From: an uncultured delta proteobacterium | GTDB lineage: Bacteria; Myxococcota; Myxococcia; Myxococcales; Myxococcaceae | Length of the DNA stretch: 64,000 bases | Assembly (NCBI GenBank): GCA_963771175.1 | Contig: CAVYSY010000050.1 | Location: 96,001-160,000, forward strand | Reading direction: 5' to 3' | In this document: in pieces, positions 43,447-53,661 of the stretch | Numbering within the stretch: the stretch's first letter is position 1 | Layout of the letters: each line of letters starts with the position of its first letter | The notes under the pieces: generated by a model | Seen by the model: the letters and a program-made list of their open reading frames with translations, nothing else | The model's database searches: none | What the model was told of the DNA's origin: nothing | Made by a program: the position numbers and the translations under genes

Positions 43447-45664
43447 ATGATGGGGTGGTCCGCCGTGACGGTCGCCCTGCTGGCGGCCACTCCCGTCTTC
43501 CTCACCCGGGGAGACGTGACGCCCGAGGCGGAGCTGCGCTCCGAGGCCGAGGCCGCGTGGAAGGCGCTGGAGGCGCGCTACGTGGCCGAGGCCGGTGGAG
43601 CGCCCTCCCGGGCGCCGGGGACCCTCTCCCTGCAGCGGGGCGTGGAGATGTTGCCCTCGCGCAACGGGCAGGGGCGGCCGGGCGTGGTGGAGTTGCGGCA
43701 GGCCACGCCTGGGGTGCTGGATGCGCGGTTGCGCGTGGCGCTCCGGCACGAGCTGGCGCACCAGCTCCTGTGGTGGGCGTGTCCGGCCTCGGCGGAGGAC
43801 CGGCTGTTCCACGAGGCCTTCGCGCTCGCGGTGAGCGGAGAGCTGGCCGAGTGGCGGGAGGCGCCCTACCAATCGCTGTCGAGTGCCTCGGCGGAGCTGG
43901 CGCACAACCCGGACGTGGACACGCCACGGGCCCGTCGGGCGCTGGCGCGCGTGCTGAACGAGGACACGGGGTTTCCGAGAGCCCTCACGCGTCGGTTGCG
44001 GCAGTGCCAGGACGGGGCCCGCTGGATGGTGCCGCTGTCCGTGGACGAGCTGGCCGGGGTGGCGGTGGAGGCGGCGGCCTCCGCCTCGGTGGTGCTCAGC
44101 CGCCACTCGGGCGAGGTGCTGTTGGCGGAGGGGGACATCAAGCGGGCGATGCCCTTCGGCTCGACGCTGAAGCCCTTCGTGGTGGCCGGGAGCGCCACGC
44201 CACCGCCGGTGCTCCCGCCGCGCGCGGACGTGCCCGAGTGGGCTTGTGGTGACAGTCTGCCCGGGAAGGTGGACGTGAAGACGGCGCTGCTGCGCTCGTG
44301 CAACGGCTACTTCCTGGACTGGGAGGGGAAGGGGAGCGCGCCGAAGGCCTTCGGCCCCTGGGGCCCGGTGCTGGCCGCGGTGGGCCTGTCCAGCGAGCCG
44401 TTGGACATGGCGGATGCCATCGGGCTGCGCTCGGCGCTGCGCCTCTCCCCGTGGGGGCTCGCCCAGGCGTACCGGCTGCTGGCCGAGGCGAGGCCGGACC
44501 TGCTGGCGGTGCTGGCCGACAACGCCGCTCGCGGGACGCTGTCGGAGCTGCCCGCGTCGAGGGCCTACGCGGGCGTGGCGACCAAGACGGGCACGGTGCG
44601 GGACGCGGACAGCCGGCCGAGGCTCGGGTGGATCGTCGCGGTGGACGAGGACCTGGTGGCGGTGGTGGCCCGGCCGGGGAAGATGCCGAGGGCCTTCGCG
44701 GACGAGGTGCCCGAATTGCTGGCGAAGGTGCGGCGCAAGCGCGCCGGGCTGGAGGCCGCGCGGGTGCAGGTGCTGGGGCTGGTGCCGCCGGGAGGGCTCG
44801 AGGCCGCCTGTCGGGGCTCGGGCTTCACCCTGGAGGGAGGCGCGCCCCGAGCCGTGCCCGAGGGCTTCTCGAAGCTGGAGCCGCTCGTGTCGAAGGGCGC
44901 GGCGGTGTGCCTCGGCAGCCCCTGGCGGGTACGTTTCCCGGACGCGCCAGCCGGTCGCGACTACGCCGGCATCTTCACGGAGTCAGCTCCGCCGCCCTAC
45001 AAGCCACCGCCGGGGGTGCCCACCAGCCCGAACGCGCTCAAGGCCCGCAGGGGCTCGGACTTCCTCTTCCGCACCACGCTCCTGCAATACACGGCGGGGG
45101 TGGTGACGGCGGAGGACTCGGAATTGAAGGGGGAGGCGAGGGTGGCGCTCGCGCTCGTGGTGGCCCACAACGAGCGGCATGCCGACAGCCGCCACCCGGG
45201 CCGCCCCGTCTGCGATACGACGCACTGCCAGGCCTTCCTTGGCACGGTGCGCGTGCAGGCCGAGGAGGAACGGGCGCTCCGACTCGCGCCGCTGCGCTGG
45301 CGGGAGTGGCTGCCGTTCTCGCAAGGTGGGCAGGAGCCGTGGCGTGAGACGCGCCCGCGCACCCAGGTGGAGTCCCTCCTGGGCCGAGGCGTGACGGCGG
45401 TGCGCTTCTCGGAGGGCCGCGTGCACTACCTGCACATGAAGCGGGAGGGAGGCGCCGTGTTCGACGTCGCCGAGTCCCAGCCCTGTGAGGTCCTCCGCTC
45501 GGCGCTGAAGCTGCCCGCCTGTCCGCGGACCGTCACCTTCGAGAACGCGCAGGCCACGTTCGAGGGCCGGGGCCAGGGCCACGGCGAGGGTCTGGACGTG
45601 GAAGCGGCGAAGGCCGAGCGGCCTCGATGCGACGCGGATTCTCGCCGACTCCTACGGACCCTAG
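43447..45664 (+). CDS. YfaQ/DUF2300-like fusion: HExxH peptidase-like + PBP/beta-lactamase-like + SpoIID-like domains
   Basis: HELAH; STLK/SCN/KTGT; CDTTHCQ and GHGEGL; probable frameshift near 45615 giving ...SGLDATRILADSYGP*. Confidence 0.8.
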
Positions 45665-46107
45665 GAGTACGGGGTCGGCTTGAACGTCCCGGGCCGGCTC
45701 TCCCTGGCCTTCAGGACGGCCTTATCGAACTCCTCCCGGCTGTTGTACAGGGTGATGCCGCCCAGCTTGAGGTTGGCCAGGGACACCCCCATCAGCACCA
45801 CCTTCGAGCCGAACAGCACGTTGAGGGAGTTGATCTTCGGCGCGAGCGGGATGGCGCGATCCGTCATCAGGTTCCGGGCCTCGGTCGCGTAGAGCTCCAT
45901 CCCCTCCCAGTCATGGAAGATGTCCGTCTTCGGCTGGGAGGCGCAGATCCCCTCGATCGTCACCATCGCGAGATGGGCGAGATGGCCGTCGTACATCGGC
46001 CCCTGGAACCGCGTCACGACGACGTGCGGGGCCGGTTGCCACAGCCGCAGCTCCCCGTTCGGGGTGGTCCAGGTCCTGCTTCCATTCACGTCCGAGTGAG
46101 CGAGCAT
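45661..46107 (-). CDS. Hypothetical protein, STAS/SEC14-like myxobacterial family
   Basis: VVVTRFQG...IFHDWEGM..Y..EAR pattern; GC3 bias. Confidence 0.65.
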   Translation of the reverse strand: MLAHSDVNGSRTWTTPNGELRLWQPAPHVVVTRFQGPMYDGHLAHLAMVTIEGICASQPKTDIFHDWEGMELYATEARNLMTDRAIPLAPKINSLNVLFGSKVVLMGVSLANLKLGGITLYNSREEFDKAVLKARESRPGTFKPTPYS

Positions 46108-46350
46108 GGCGAGGCGGTGGAGTATGGCACGCGATAACCGGAAGCAAGGATGGCCTTCTCGGCGCTCGATGTGCGCTGGGGTAGGAGCGCGGCCGGGAGC
46201 ACACGGTCCTCTCTCCACCCCGAACACTGTAATTCTGGGAGGATCTCGGGTCAGAGGGGGGCGGTAAAAATTACCAGTCCTCCCGGCTTAAGCATGGGGG
46301 GCGCTCGATGCAAGTGCCTGTATTCGCTTGGGGACGGTTCGGTGGATGCC

Positions 46351-46367
46351 CTGGCATCTGGCTTGCT
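46351..46367 (+). promoter_or_regulatory. Putative sigma54 -24/-12 promoter
   Basis: CTGGCATCTGGCTTGCT has exact GG-N10-GC spacing, ~63 bp upstream of the sigma factor ATG. Confidence 0.6.
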
Positions 46368-46429
46368 CAAGGGTCAGGGCACGTCGTCGTGGCAAAGACC
46401 CCATCGCCTTCCTACCCCCGAGAGAGACC

Positions 46430-47317
46430 ATGCAGACTTCCTCCTCCTTCGCGTCCGCTGACTTCCTCTCGACCTACCTCTCCGAGATCAGCCAGTACCC
46501 GCTGCTGACCCAGCCGGAGGAGCAGGCGCTGGCGCGGCGCTTCCGCCAGGGCGACCTGGTCGCCGGCCACCGGCTGGTGACGGCCAACCTGCGCTTCGTG
46601 GTGAAGGTGGCCTACGAGTACCGCTCCTACGGCCTGAAGATGTCCGACCTCATCCAGGAGGCGAACATCGGCCTGATGAAGGCGGTGCAGAAGTTCGATC
46701 CGGACAAGGGCATCCGCCTCATCTCCTACGCGGTGTGGTGGATCCGCGCCTACATCCAGAACTACGTGCTGAAGAACTGGAGCCTGGTGAAGCTCGGGAC
46801 GACCCAGGCGCAGCGCCGGCTGTTCTTCGCCCTGGCGCGCACCCGCCGCGAGCTGGAGAAGCTCGGCAGCGGGGACGGCCACATCGTCAATGCCGAGGAG
46901 ATCGCCCGGAAGCTGAACGTGAAGGCCTCCGAGGTGCGCGAGATGGAGCAGCGCATGGGCGGGAGGGACTTGTCGCTGGACGCGCCGATGGGTGAGGACG
47001 GTGACGCCACCCACCTGGACTTCGTGGAGTCCGAGAGCGCCTCGCACGCCGACGAGATCGCCGACCGTCAGGAGGCCCAGATGACGCGCGAGCGCATCCA
47101 GCGGGCCCTGGCGCGCCTGGATCCGCGCGAGCGCTTCATCATCGAGCAGCGGGTGATGAGCGACGCGGGGATGACCCTGAGCGAGCTGGGCGAGCACTTC
47201 GGCTTCTCGCGTGAGCGCGCCCGCCAGCTGGAGATCCGCGCCAAGGACAAGCTCAAGGCGGAGCTCGCCACGCTGATGCCCGAGGAGAACGCGGAGGCGG
47301 TGGCGGTCGCCGGGTAG
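46430..47317 (+). CDS. sigC: Sigma32/RpoH-family RNA polymerase sigma factor (resembles M. xanthus SigC, from memory)
   Basis: [27 protein letters not shown], RpoH box QRRLFF, and SRERARQLE; family certain, paralog identity less so. Confidence 0.8.
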   Translation: MQTSSSFASADFLSTYLSEISQYPLLTQPEEQALARRFRQGDLVAGHRLVTANLRFVVKVAYEYRSYGLKMSDLIQEANIGLMKAVQKFDPDKGIRLISYAVWWIRAYIQNYVLKNWSLVKLGTTQAQRRLFFALARTRRELEKLGSGDGHIVNAEEIARKLNVKASEVREMEQRMGGRDLSLDAPMGEDGDATHLDFVESESASHADEIADRQEAQMTRERIQRALARLDPRERFIIEQRVMSDAGMTLSELGEHFGFSRERARQLEIRAKDKLKAELATLMPEENAEAVAVAG

Positions 47318-47344
47318 CACGCCGGGTAGTAGGGTGGGGGCTCC

Positions 47345-48989
47345 ATGAGCCTTCCTGACGCGACTGCCTGGACGCTCCCCTGGCGGGGGCTGGGCCTCAG
47401 CAGCAACCTCGACGCGGCGGACCAGCCGCACCCCTACCGGTTGCTCGCGCAGTCGCCCGGCCTCTTCGACTTCGTGGAGTACAGCGCGCCCCTGTCGCTC
47501 GACGAGACGCGCGCGCACGCCTCGCTCTTCCCCGAGATGTGGGAGCGCCGGAGCGACGTGCCGGTGCTCTTCCACCCCGTGCACCTCAACCTCTTCGGCC
47601 CCGAGCTGGAGCCCGAGAAGGCGCTCCGGGAGCTGGACGCGCACGCGCGCGCCGTGGGCAGCGCCTGGGTGGGCAACGACATCGGCTGGTGGCACGCGGG
47701 CGGGCAGCCGTTCCCGGGCTACCTCTACTTCACGCCGCCCTTCACCGAGGCCGGTGTCCGCGACAGCGTCGCGCACGCGCTCCATGTCCAGGCGCACCTG
47801 TCCGTCCCGCTCGCCCTGGAGAACCCCGCCGCCTTCGCGAAGCGTGGCGAGCTGCACGTGCTGGACTTCCTCGCCCGCGTCCAGGCGCGCACCGGCCTGC
47901 CGCTGCTGCTCGACCTGGGGCACCTGCTCAGCTACCAGCTCGCCGCCGGATTGCCCCTGGAGGCGGGGCTCGACGGCTTCCCGTTGGACAAGGTGATTGA
48001 GCTCCACATCGCCGGCGGCGTCGTCACCCGGCGGAGCGGGCGGGGCTACTACGTGGACGACCACACCCAGCCCGTGCGCGAGGAGCTCTTCGCCCTGCTG
48101 GAGTCGCTGCTGCCGCGCTGCCCCTCGCTGCGCGCCGTCACCTTCGAGGGAGACGGACACCCGTCCGAGGTGGCCGCCCTCACGCTGCGTCGCCTGCGCG
48201 CGCTGGTGCCCGCGACGCCGAGGCCCCCGCTCGCGCTCCCCCCGGTGAAGGAGCCCGCCCCGGCGCTCACCCGAGAGAGCCAGCCCTGGGCCCTCTTCGA
48301 GACCGGCTACGGCGCGAAGGAGGAGACCGGGGGCGACGTGGAGGGGGCTCGCGCGGAGACGGACTTCCGCCTCGCGGTGGTGGCCGAGATGCTCGATCGG
48401 GACTGGCCGGTGTCGCGGCTGCTGCTCGCGGGCACGCGGGAGGACCTGCGCGCCTTCACCGCGTCCCGGGAGTTCCGCGAGCTCTTCGAGGGACTGGGGC
48501 GCTCGCTGGGGCACGCCTTCGCGGCCTGGGCCCGGCACCGCCTGCGCGAGCGTCCGGACGAGGGCGTCGCGGCGGCGCTCTCCTTCGAGACGTTCCTGCC
48601 CTCGGCCTTCGCGCGTCCCGTCCCCGCGCCCGGAGCGGGACAGGTGGGGCTCGCCGAGGACGTGCGGGTGGGCACCTTCCCCGTGGACCTCACCGAGCTC
48701 GTCTTCGCCGCGAAGTCCCTGCGCCGCCACCTGACGGGACGTGCGTGGGCCTGCGAGGTGCTGGACGTGAGCGGCCTGGAGTCGCTCGCGCAGGTGGCCC
48801 GGCGTCCCGGCCCCGGGCCCGTGGAGCTTCGTCGTGCGGCGCAAGGGCAGGGGGGTGGAGCCGCGCACGGTGTCGCCCTCGCTGCTCGAGGTGCTGCGCT
48901 CGCTCGCGCAGGTGCCCCGGGCGGTGGAGCAGGTGCCCTCCGGTCCGCTGTCCGAGGGGCTCGCGCTCGGCCTGCTGCGGCGCGGGTGA
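47345..48989 (+). CDS. DUF692 (MNIO, MbnB/TglH/ChrH-like) enzyme with a long C-terminal extension; frameshift near 48820
   Basis: GLGL, LALENP, LLLDLGH, ELHIAGG, VDDH and TFEGD motifs. Confidence 0.82.
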
Positions 48990-48992
48990 GGC

Positions 48993-50151
48993 TCAGGGGC
49001 GAGCGGGCGAGGAGGATGCGCTCCGAGTACAGGGTACCGCTGTTACTGAGGGAAGAAGAGAACTTATGCGATGAGAGCATGTCCTGGGTCCGACAGCGTG
49101 TCCGTGGACTCCAGGAAGGTAGGGCCGGCCGTTGTCGGGTGACGGACGGCCAGCCGGGGGCGGGCGCGGCTGGGCAGGGGCCGCAGTCCTTGCCGCAGTT
49201 GTCCGGGGTGTCATCCGTGCCGCACGACTCGGTGTACTGGCAGATGCCGTCACCGCACTTGAAGACATCCCTCTTGCTCATCCGCGTGGTGATGGGCCGG
49301 TAGGTGACGCCGTTGTAGGTGCACGACGCGTAGAACTCCTTCGACTCGTCCTTCTCGCAATGCTTGTCGCACCTGGCCTTGACGCGGACGATCGGCAGGC
49401 ACGGCTGGCGGTCATCGTTCTTCTCGTCCGAGCGGGCGCAGGCGCGAGCGGAGCTGCCGTTGTGGTGGAGCATGCGCCCGTCATTGCCGACGAAGAGGCC
49501 CTCGCCGTTGAAGAGGTTGCCGAAGAAGCAGGCCTCTTTCTCCGGGAAGGCGTCGAACTCCTCCTTGGTGTAGGGGATGAGCTCGCCCAGCGCATTCCGC
49601 CCCAGCACGGAGATGGGGACGCGGACCCCGAACTTGTTCGCGTGGGCCGCCAGGCAGGCGGAGATGAGCTGTTGCTCGGCCAGGGTCGCCGGTGCGCCCT
49701 GGGCCCAGTCCGGCGCCAGCCCCAGGTTTCCCGTCCAGGTGTAGAGGGTGCCCGTGGAGGGCTCGGTGTAGCCGCGCGTCTGCCCGGCGGGCACGGCGCA
49801 CTGGACGAGGTACTTCATCACCGCGTCGCCGAGCACCGGATCCGTCTGGAACCACGAGGTGAACTCGGGGGTGGCCAGGCCATTGAAGGCCAGGCCATTG
49901 AAGGCGAGCCCGTTGAAGGCCAGGCCATTGAAGGCGAGCCCGTTGAAGGCCAGGCCATTCGGGGACAGGCCGTTGAGGTCGTACAGCGCCTGCTGTCGGA
50001 CGGCGAGCTCCTGGGGCTCCTCGGGCGGGGCTACCGGGCCACAGGCGCTCGTGGAGGAGAGCAGGACGGCCGCCCACAGCAGGGCCAGATGGGAGCGTCC
50101 TGCCGGAGGGCGCTCCACACGGTGGGATACGTCGAACCGTTGGAGTTGCAC
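48993..50151 (-). CDS. Lipoprotein with NGLAF pentapeptide repeats and a Cys-rich domain; 3' end uncertain
   Basis: STSAC lipobox-like; (NGLAF)n; MKYLVQCA, GNLGLAP, SACLAAHAN and EACFFGN motifs. Confidence 0.75.
49874..49978 (-). repeat. 15-bp coding tandem repeat x7 (NGLAF)
   Basis: gccaggccattgaag / gcgagcccgttgaag units. Confidence 0.9.
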
Positions 50152-50411
50152 GACGAGCTCCTTTGTCGGAAGTGGGGGCGGAGGATGGCTCCACGGTCAG
50201 GTTGCTCCTGGGTGAGCAGTCGGGAAAGCCGGAGCAGCCAGGAATTGTCAGCTCCTCCATCTGGAGACGGGGGGATTGTGGCCTCGCGTACGCCCCGGGG
50301 TGGGCCCGAGTCGGCGGGCGGACGCTTCGGGGTGTAGGGGAGGGCGCACCGGGTGTCGGGTTTTCGACGGAGCCTTGCGCCCGTCCTCCCGCTGCGGTAG
50401 TTCGCGACCCC

Positions 50412-51047
50412 ATGCCGTCACCTCTCGTCGTTGGCATCGCCGGTGGTACTGCTTCCGGCAAAACGACGGTCGCTCGGAAGGTCCGCGACGCGCTCGCCGA
50501 CTGCCGCGTGGCCTTCATCGATCAGGACTCGTACTACCGGGACCTGTCGGACCTGACGCTCGCCGAGCGCCGCGAGGTCAACTTCGACCATCCGGATGCC
50601 TTCGACACGGAGCTGCTCGTCGAGCACCTGCGAGAGCTCAAGGCGGGCCGGCCCATCCAGAAGCCGGTCTACGACTTCGTCACGTCCACCCGGCAGAAGC
50701 ACACGGTGCGCGTGGACCCCGGGGACATGATCCTCATCGAGGGCATCCTCGTGCTCCACATGAAGCCGGTGCGCGACGAGATGGGCGTGCGCATCTACGT
50801 GGACACCGACGACGACCTGCGCATCCTGCGCCGCCTGGAGCGCGACATCCACGAGCGCGGGCGCGACTTCGACCACGTGGTCAGCCAGTACCTGCGCCAG
50901 GTGCGCCCCATGCACATGGGCTTCGTCGAGCCCTCCAAGCACCACGCCGACATCATCGTCCCCCATGGCGGCAACAACGACATCGCCATCATGATGCTGG
51001 TGGGCGCGCTGCGCGCGAAGCTGCTCAACCCCGCCGCGCACCGCTGA
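50412..51047 (+). CDS. udk: Uridine kinase
   Basis: GIAGGTASGKTT, NFDHPDAFD and VRPMH..FVEPSK motifs. Confidence 0.95.
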   Translation: MPSPLVVGIAGGTASGKTTVARKVRDALADCRVAFIDQDSYYRDLSDLTLAERREVNFDHPDAFDTELLVEHLRELKAGRPIQKPVYDFVTSTRQKHTVRVDPGDMILIEGILVLHMKPVRDEMGVRIYVDTDDDLRILRRLERDIHERGRDFDHVVSQYLRQVRPMHMGFVEPSKHHADIIVPHGGNNDIAIMMLVGALRAKLLNPAAHR

Positions 51048-51081
51048 CGGGCGCTGGCAGGGCCCCGCGGCTCAGCCGTGT

Positions 51082-52119
51082 TCACGAGCTCCGGCGTCGC
51101 AGGAAGTCCCGCATCGGGCGGTGCAGCCGCCCCGCATGCGCCAGCAGGCCCGCGTGATCGCACGGCGTCGGCACCTCCTGGTAGTGCGCCCGCACGCCCG
51201 CCGCGCTGAGCAGGTGGTACGTGTCCCGCACCCGTGACGGAGGCGCCAGTGCGTCGTCCGCTCCCGCCGCGAGCAGCACCGGCGCCCGGATCTTCTCCAG
51301 GCTGTCGGTGACGTCGCCTCCCGCGTACGCCGTGCACAGCAGCGACCACGCGTTCGCGTCGAAGGTCTCCGCGAAGGCGTCGGCATCCGCCTCCAGCGCC
51401 CGCTCGGCGGTGGCCACGGTCGGGTCCATGCAGCGGAACGTGTCGGCCCCGTGGAGCAGCCGCAGGTACTCCAGGCGCAGCTTGCGCAAGGTGCGCTTCG
51501 GTCCCTGGCCCGGCGCGTAGTGGCCCTCGCGGAAGTCCGGATCCTGCCGCAGCATCTGGTGGGTGAGACCGAGCCGCTCGCGCAGGGGCTCGGGCAGGGC
51601 CTTCGCGGCGCCCAGCACCACCACCGCCGTCGTCAGCTCCGGGAAGAGCGCCGCGAGCTGCAACGCCACCAGCCCGCCGAGCCCCACGCCCACCAGCGCC
51701 CGCGCGCGCTCCACCTTCATCCCGCGCAGCATCGCCGCCACCGCGCGCGCCATGTCCGTCACCGTCACCGTCGGCAGCGCCGGGCCGTAGGCCCTGCCCA
51801 CCTTCGTGTCGACCGTCACCGGCGAGGTGGAGCCGAAGGGGCTGCCGAGAAGGTTCGGCACCAGCACGTGCAGCGCCGACGTGTCCAGTGGAAGCCCCTC
51901 GCCGACGAGCTCCGTGCCCCAGCCCGAGGGCTGGAAGGCCCCCGGCTCCACCGGCCCCAGTGCATGGTGCGAGTGGGCGAGGTCGTGCAGCAGCACCGCA
52001 ACATTGTCGTCGGAGCGCTCACCGTAGGCAGACCAGGAGACCGAGGCCCCGCCTAGCAGGCCGCCCTCCTCTAGAGGAAGTGCAACCGGTAACGTGTAGC
52101 TGCCGGTGGTCTGGTACAC
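51082..52119 (-). CDS. Homoserine O-acetyltransferase (MetX)-like fold protein with a degenerate active site
   Basis: NLLGSPFGSTSP, TVTDMARA and FDANAW motifs; elbow is GVGLGG. Confidence 0.8.
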   Translation of the reverse strand: MYQTTGSYTLPVALPLEEGGLLGGASVSWSAYGERSDDNVAVLLHDLAHSHHALGPVEPGAFQPSGWGTELVGEGLPLDTSALHVLVPNLLGSPFGSTSPVTVDTKVGRAYGPALPTVTVTDMARAVAAMLRGMKVERARALVGVGLGGLVALQLAALFPELTTAVVVLGAAKALPEPLRERLGLTHQMLRQDPDFREGHYAPGQGPKRTLRKLRLEYLRLLHGADTFRCMDPTVATAERALEADADAFAETFDANAWSLLCTAYAGGDVTDSLEKIRAPVLLAAGADDALAPPSRVRDTYHLLSAAGVRAHYQEVPTPCDHAGLLAHAGRLHRPMRDFLRRRSS

Positions 52120-52175
52120 GCGAGTCGGGTCTCATATCACTACGGCCGTTATTTCCGAGAGAGGAGCATCTCCGC

Positions 52176-53081
52176 GTGAAGCGTTATTTCGGACTCATCG
52201 TCCTCATCGTGGGCATCATCATTGCCGGGGTGGTGACGTCTCGCAGCGCGAACACCAGGGCGGACGAGGCCCAGCGCCAGGCGGACTTCACCCGTATCCA
52301 GAAGGACTACCTGGAGCGCGTGGGCTGGCTGCGCACCAACCCCGACGAGGGCACCTACCGTCAGGAGCTGACCCCGTTCTTCAAGACGTACTTCGAGCAG
52401 GTCGCCTCGCACCAGAGCCGCTTCAAGCTGAGCAAGGAGTTCGACGCGTACCTGGACGAGCTCGACAAGCGCGGGGAGAAGGACGAGCGGGCCCAGGACA
52501 AGAAGGCCTTCTACGACTACACGCGCAAGGTGTTCGACCAGATGCGCGAGGGCCGTTACAAGCCGGTGTGGACGGCCACCGACAAGGGCATGCGCCTGGA
52601 CGTGCTCTCCTCCGACGTGGTGATGGTGCTCAACAAGCCGCAGGTGCGCCTGCAGCTCGTGCTCTGGGGCGCCCAGCGCGAGGAGCGCCAGGACGGCAAG
52701 GTGAAGAAGATGCTCACCAGCGCCTCCTTCAAGACCCAGTGGAAGCTCACCGACGAGAAGGGGAAGCTGTTCGGCGAGATGACCGCGGACGATCCCTCGA
52801 TGAAGGTCGACTTCCCCGAGCGGTTCATCGCCGAGTTCCCCCCGCAGATGGTGCTCGGCCACTACGACATGGACCTCATCCCCAATGAGGTGAAGAAGAT
52901 GGAGATCACCTTCAACGTCAGCTCGCGCGCCTCGTCGGGCGGCGATGCCACGGCCACCTACCTGTGGAAGCTGGACGTGCCCTCCGAGTGGCGGCTCGGT
53001 GCGGGCGAGAAGTGGGATGGCGCCGAGGTCACCGAGCGCTCCGAGGAGGAGATCGATCCCTCCAAGGCCGCGCAGAAGTAG
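52176..53081 (+). CDS. Hypothetical protein with an N-terminal TM anchor
   Basis: GAGGAG RBS, GTG start, strong codon bias. Confidence 0.8.
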   Translation: MKRYFGLIVLIVGIIIAGVVTSRSANTRADEAQRQADFTRIQKDYLERVGWLRTNPDEGTYRQELTPFFKTYFEQVASHQSRFKLSKEFDAYLDELDKRGEKDERAQDKKAFYDYTRKVFDQMREGRYKPVWTATDKGMRLDVLSSDVVMVLNKPQVRLQLVLWGAQREERQDGKVKKMLTSASFKTQWKLTDEKGKLFGEMTADDPSMKVDFPERFIAEFPPQMVLGHYDMDLIPNEVKKMEITFNVSSRASSGGDATATYLWKLDVPSEWRLGAGEKWDGAEVTERSEEEIDPSKAAQK

Positions 53082-53184
53082 GAGTCCGAGGGGCCTTGTC
53101 CCCAGGGCCCACCGCCCACGTCAGCTCCACCTGAGCCGGTGGAAGGGCAGGAGGGCGAGCAGGTTCTCGCTCGCCTGCCCGCCA

Positions 53185-53505
53185 TCAGGGCGCCTGGGGC
53201 CGAGGTGGCTGTGGGGGCCACCTCGAGCGGTCCTTCTCCATGAGCTGTTGGGTCTTGCGCTCCGCCCAGTCCTGGCTGAAGGGCCCTCCGAAGAAGGTGA
53301 AGGTGGCGTGTAGCAGCAGGGCAATGCCCCAGCCGATGAGGGGCCAGTAGAACCAGAGGTGCTCGCGGTTCGTCACCATGTTGATGGCGAACAGGCCGAG
53401 ATTCACCAAGAGGTACACCACGAGGTGGCTGTAGAACCCTTGCAGTTCCTCGGCGCGCTTGTGCGCACGCTCGTAGGCCGGGTCGTTCTTCCTGTCGTCG
53501 GGCAT
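53185..53505 (-). CDS. 2TM domain protein
   Basis: GFYSHLVVYLLVN...WFYWPLIGWGIALLLH...WAERK. Confidence 0.88.
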   Translation of the reverse strand: MPDDRKNDPAYERAHKRAEELQGFYSHLVVYLLVNLGLFAINMVTNREHLWFYWPLIGWGIALLLHATFTFFGGPFSQDWAERKTQQLMEKDRSRWPPQPPRPQAP

Positions 53506-53661
53506 GAGGCACTCCTCCCCCGCAAGTTGGGAAGTGGGCCTGGCCCGTGTCCATGGGTCCACCGCTGCGGCTTGCTCGGTGCCCTGCTTCGTCCAGAAGG
53601 GCCGTCTTCCTGGGGGGGTCGACCCGAGAGAGCGAGCGCATGCTCGGCCACCCGGGGCGGC

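Noticed and set aside
45665..46137. C-terminal extension of the 896-aa ORF
   Set aside because: Overlaps a plausible opposite-strand gene; better explained by a frameshift near 45615
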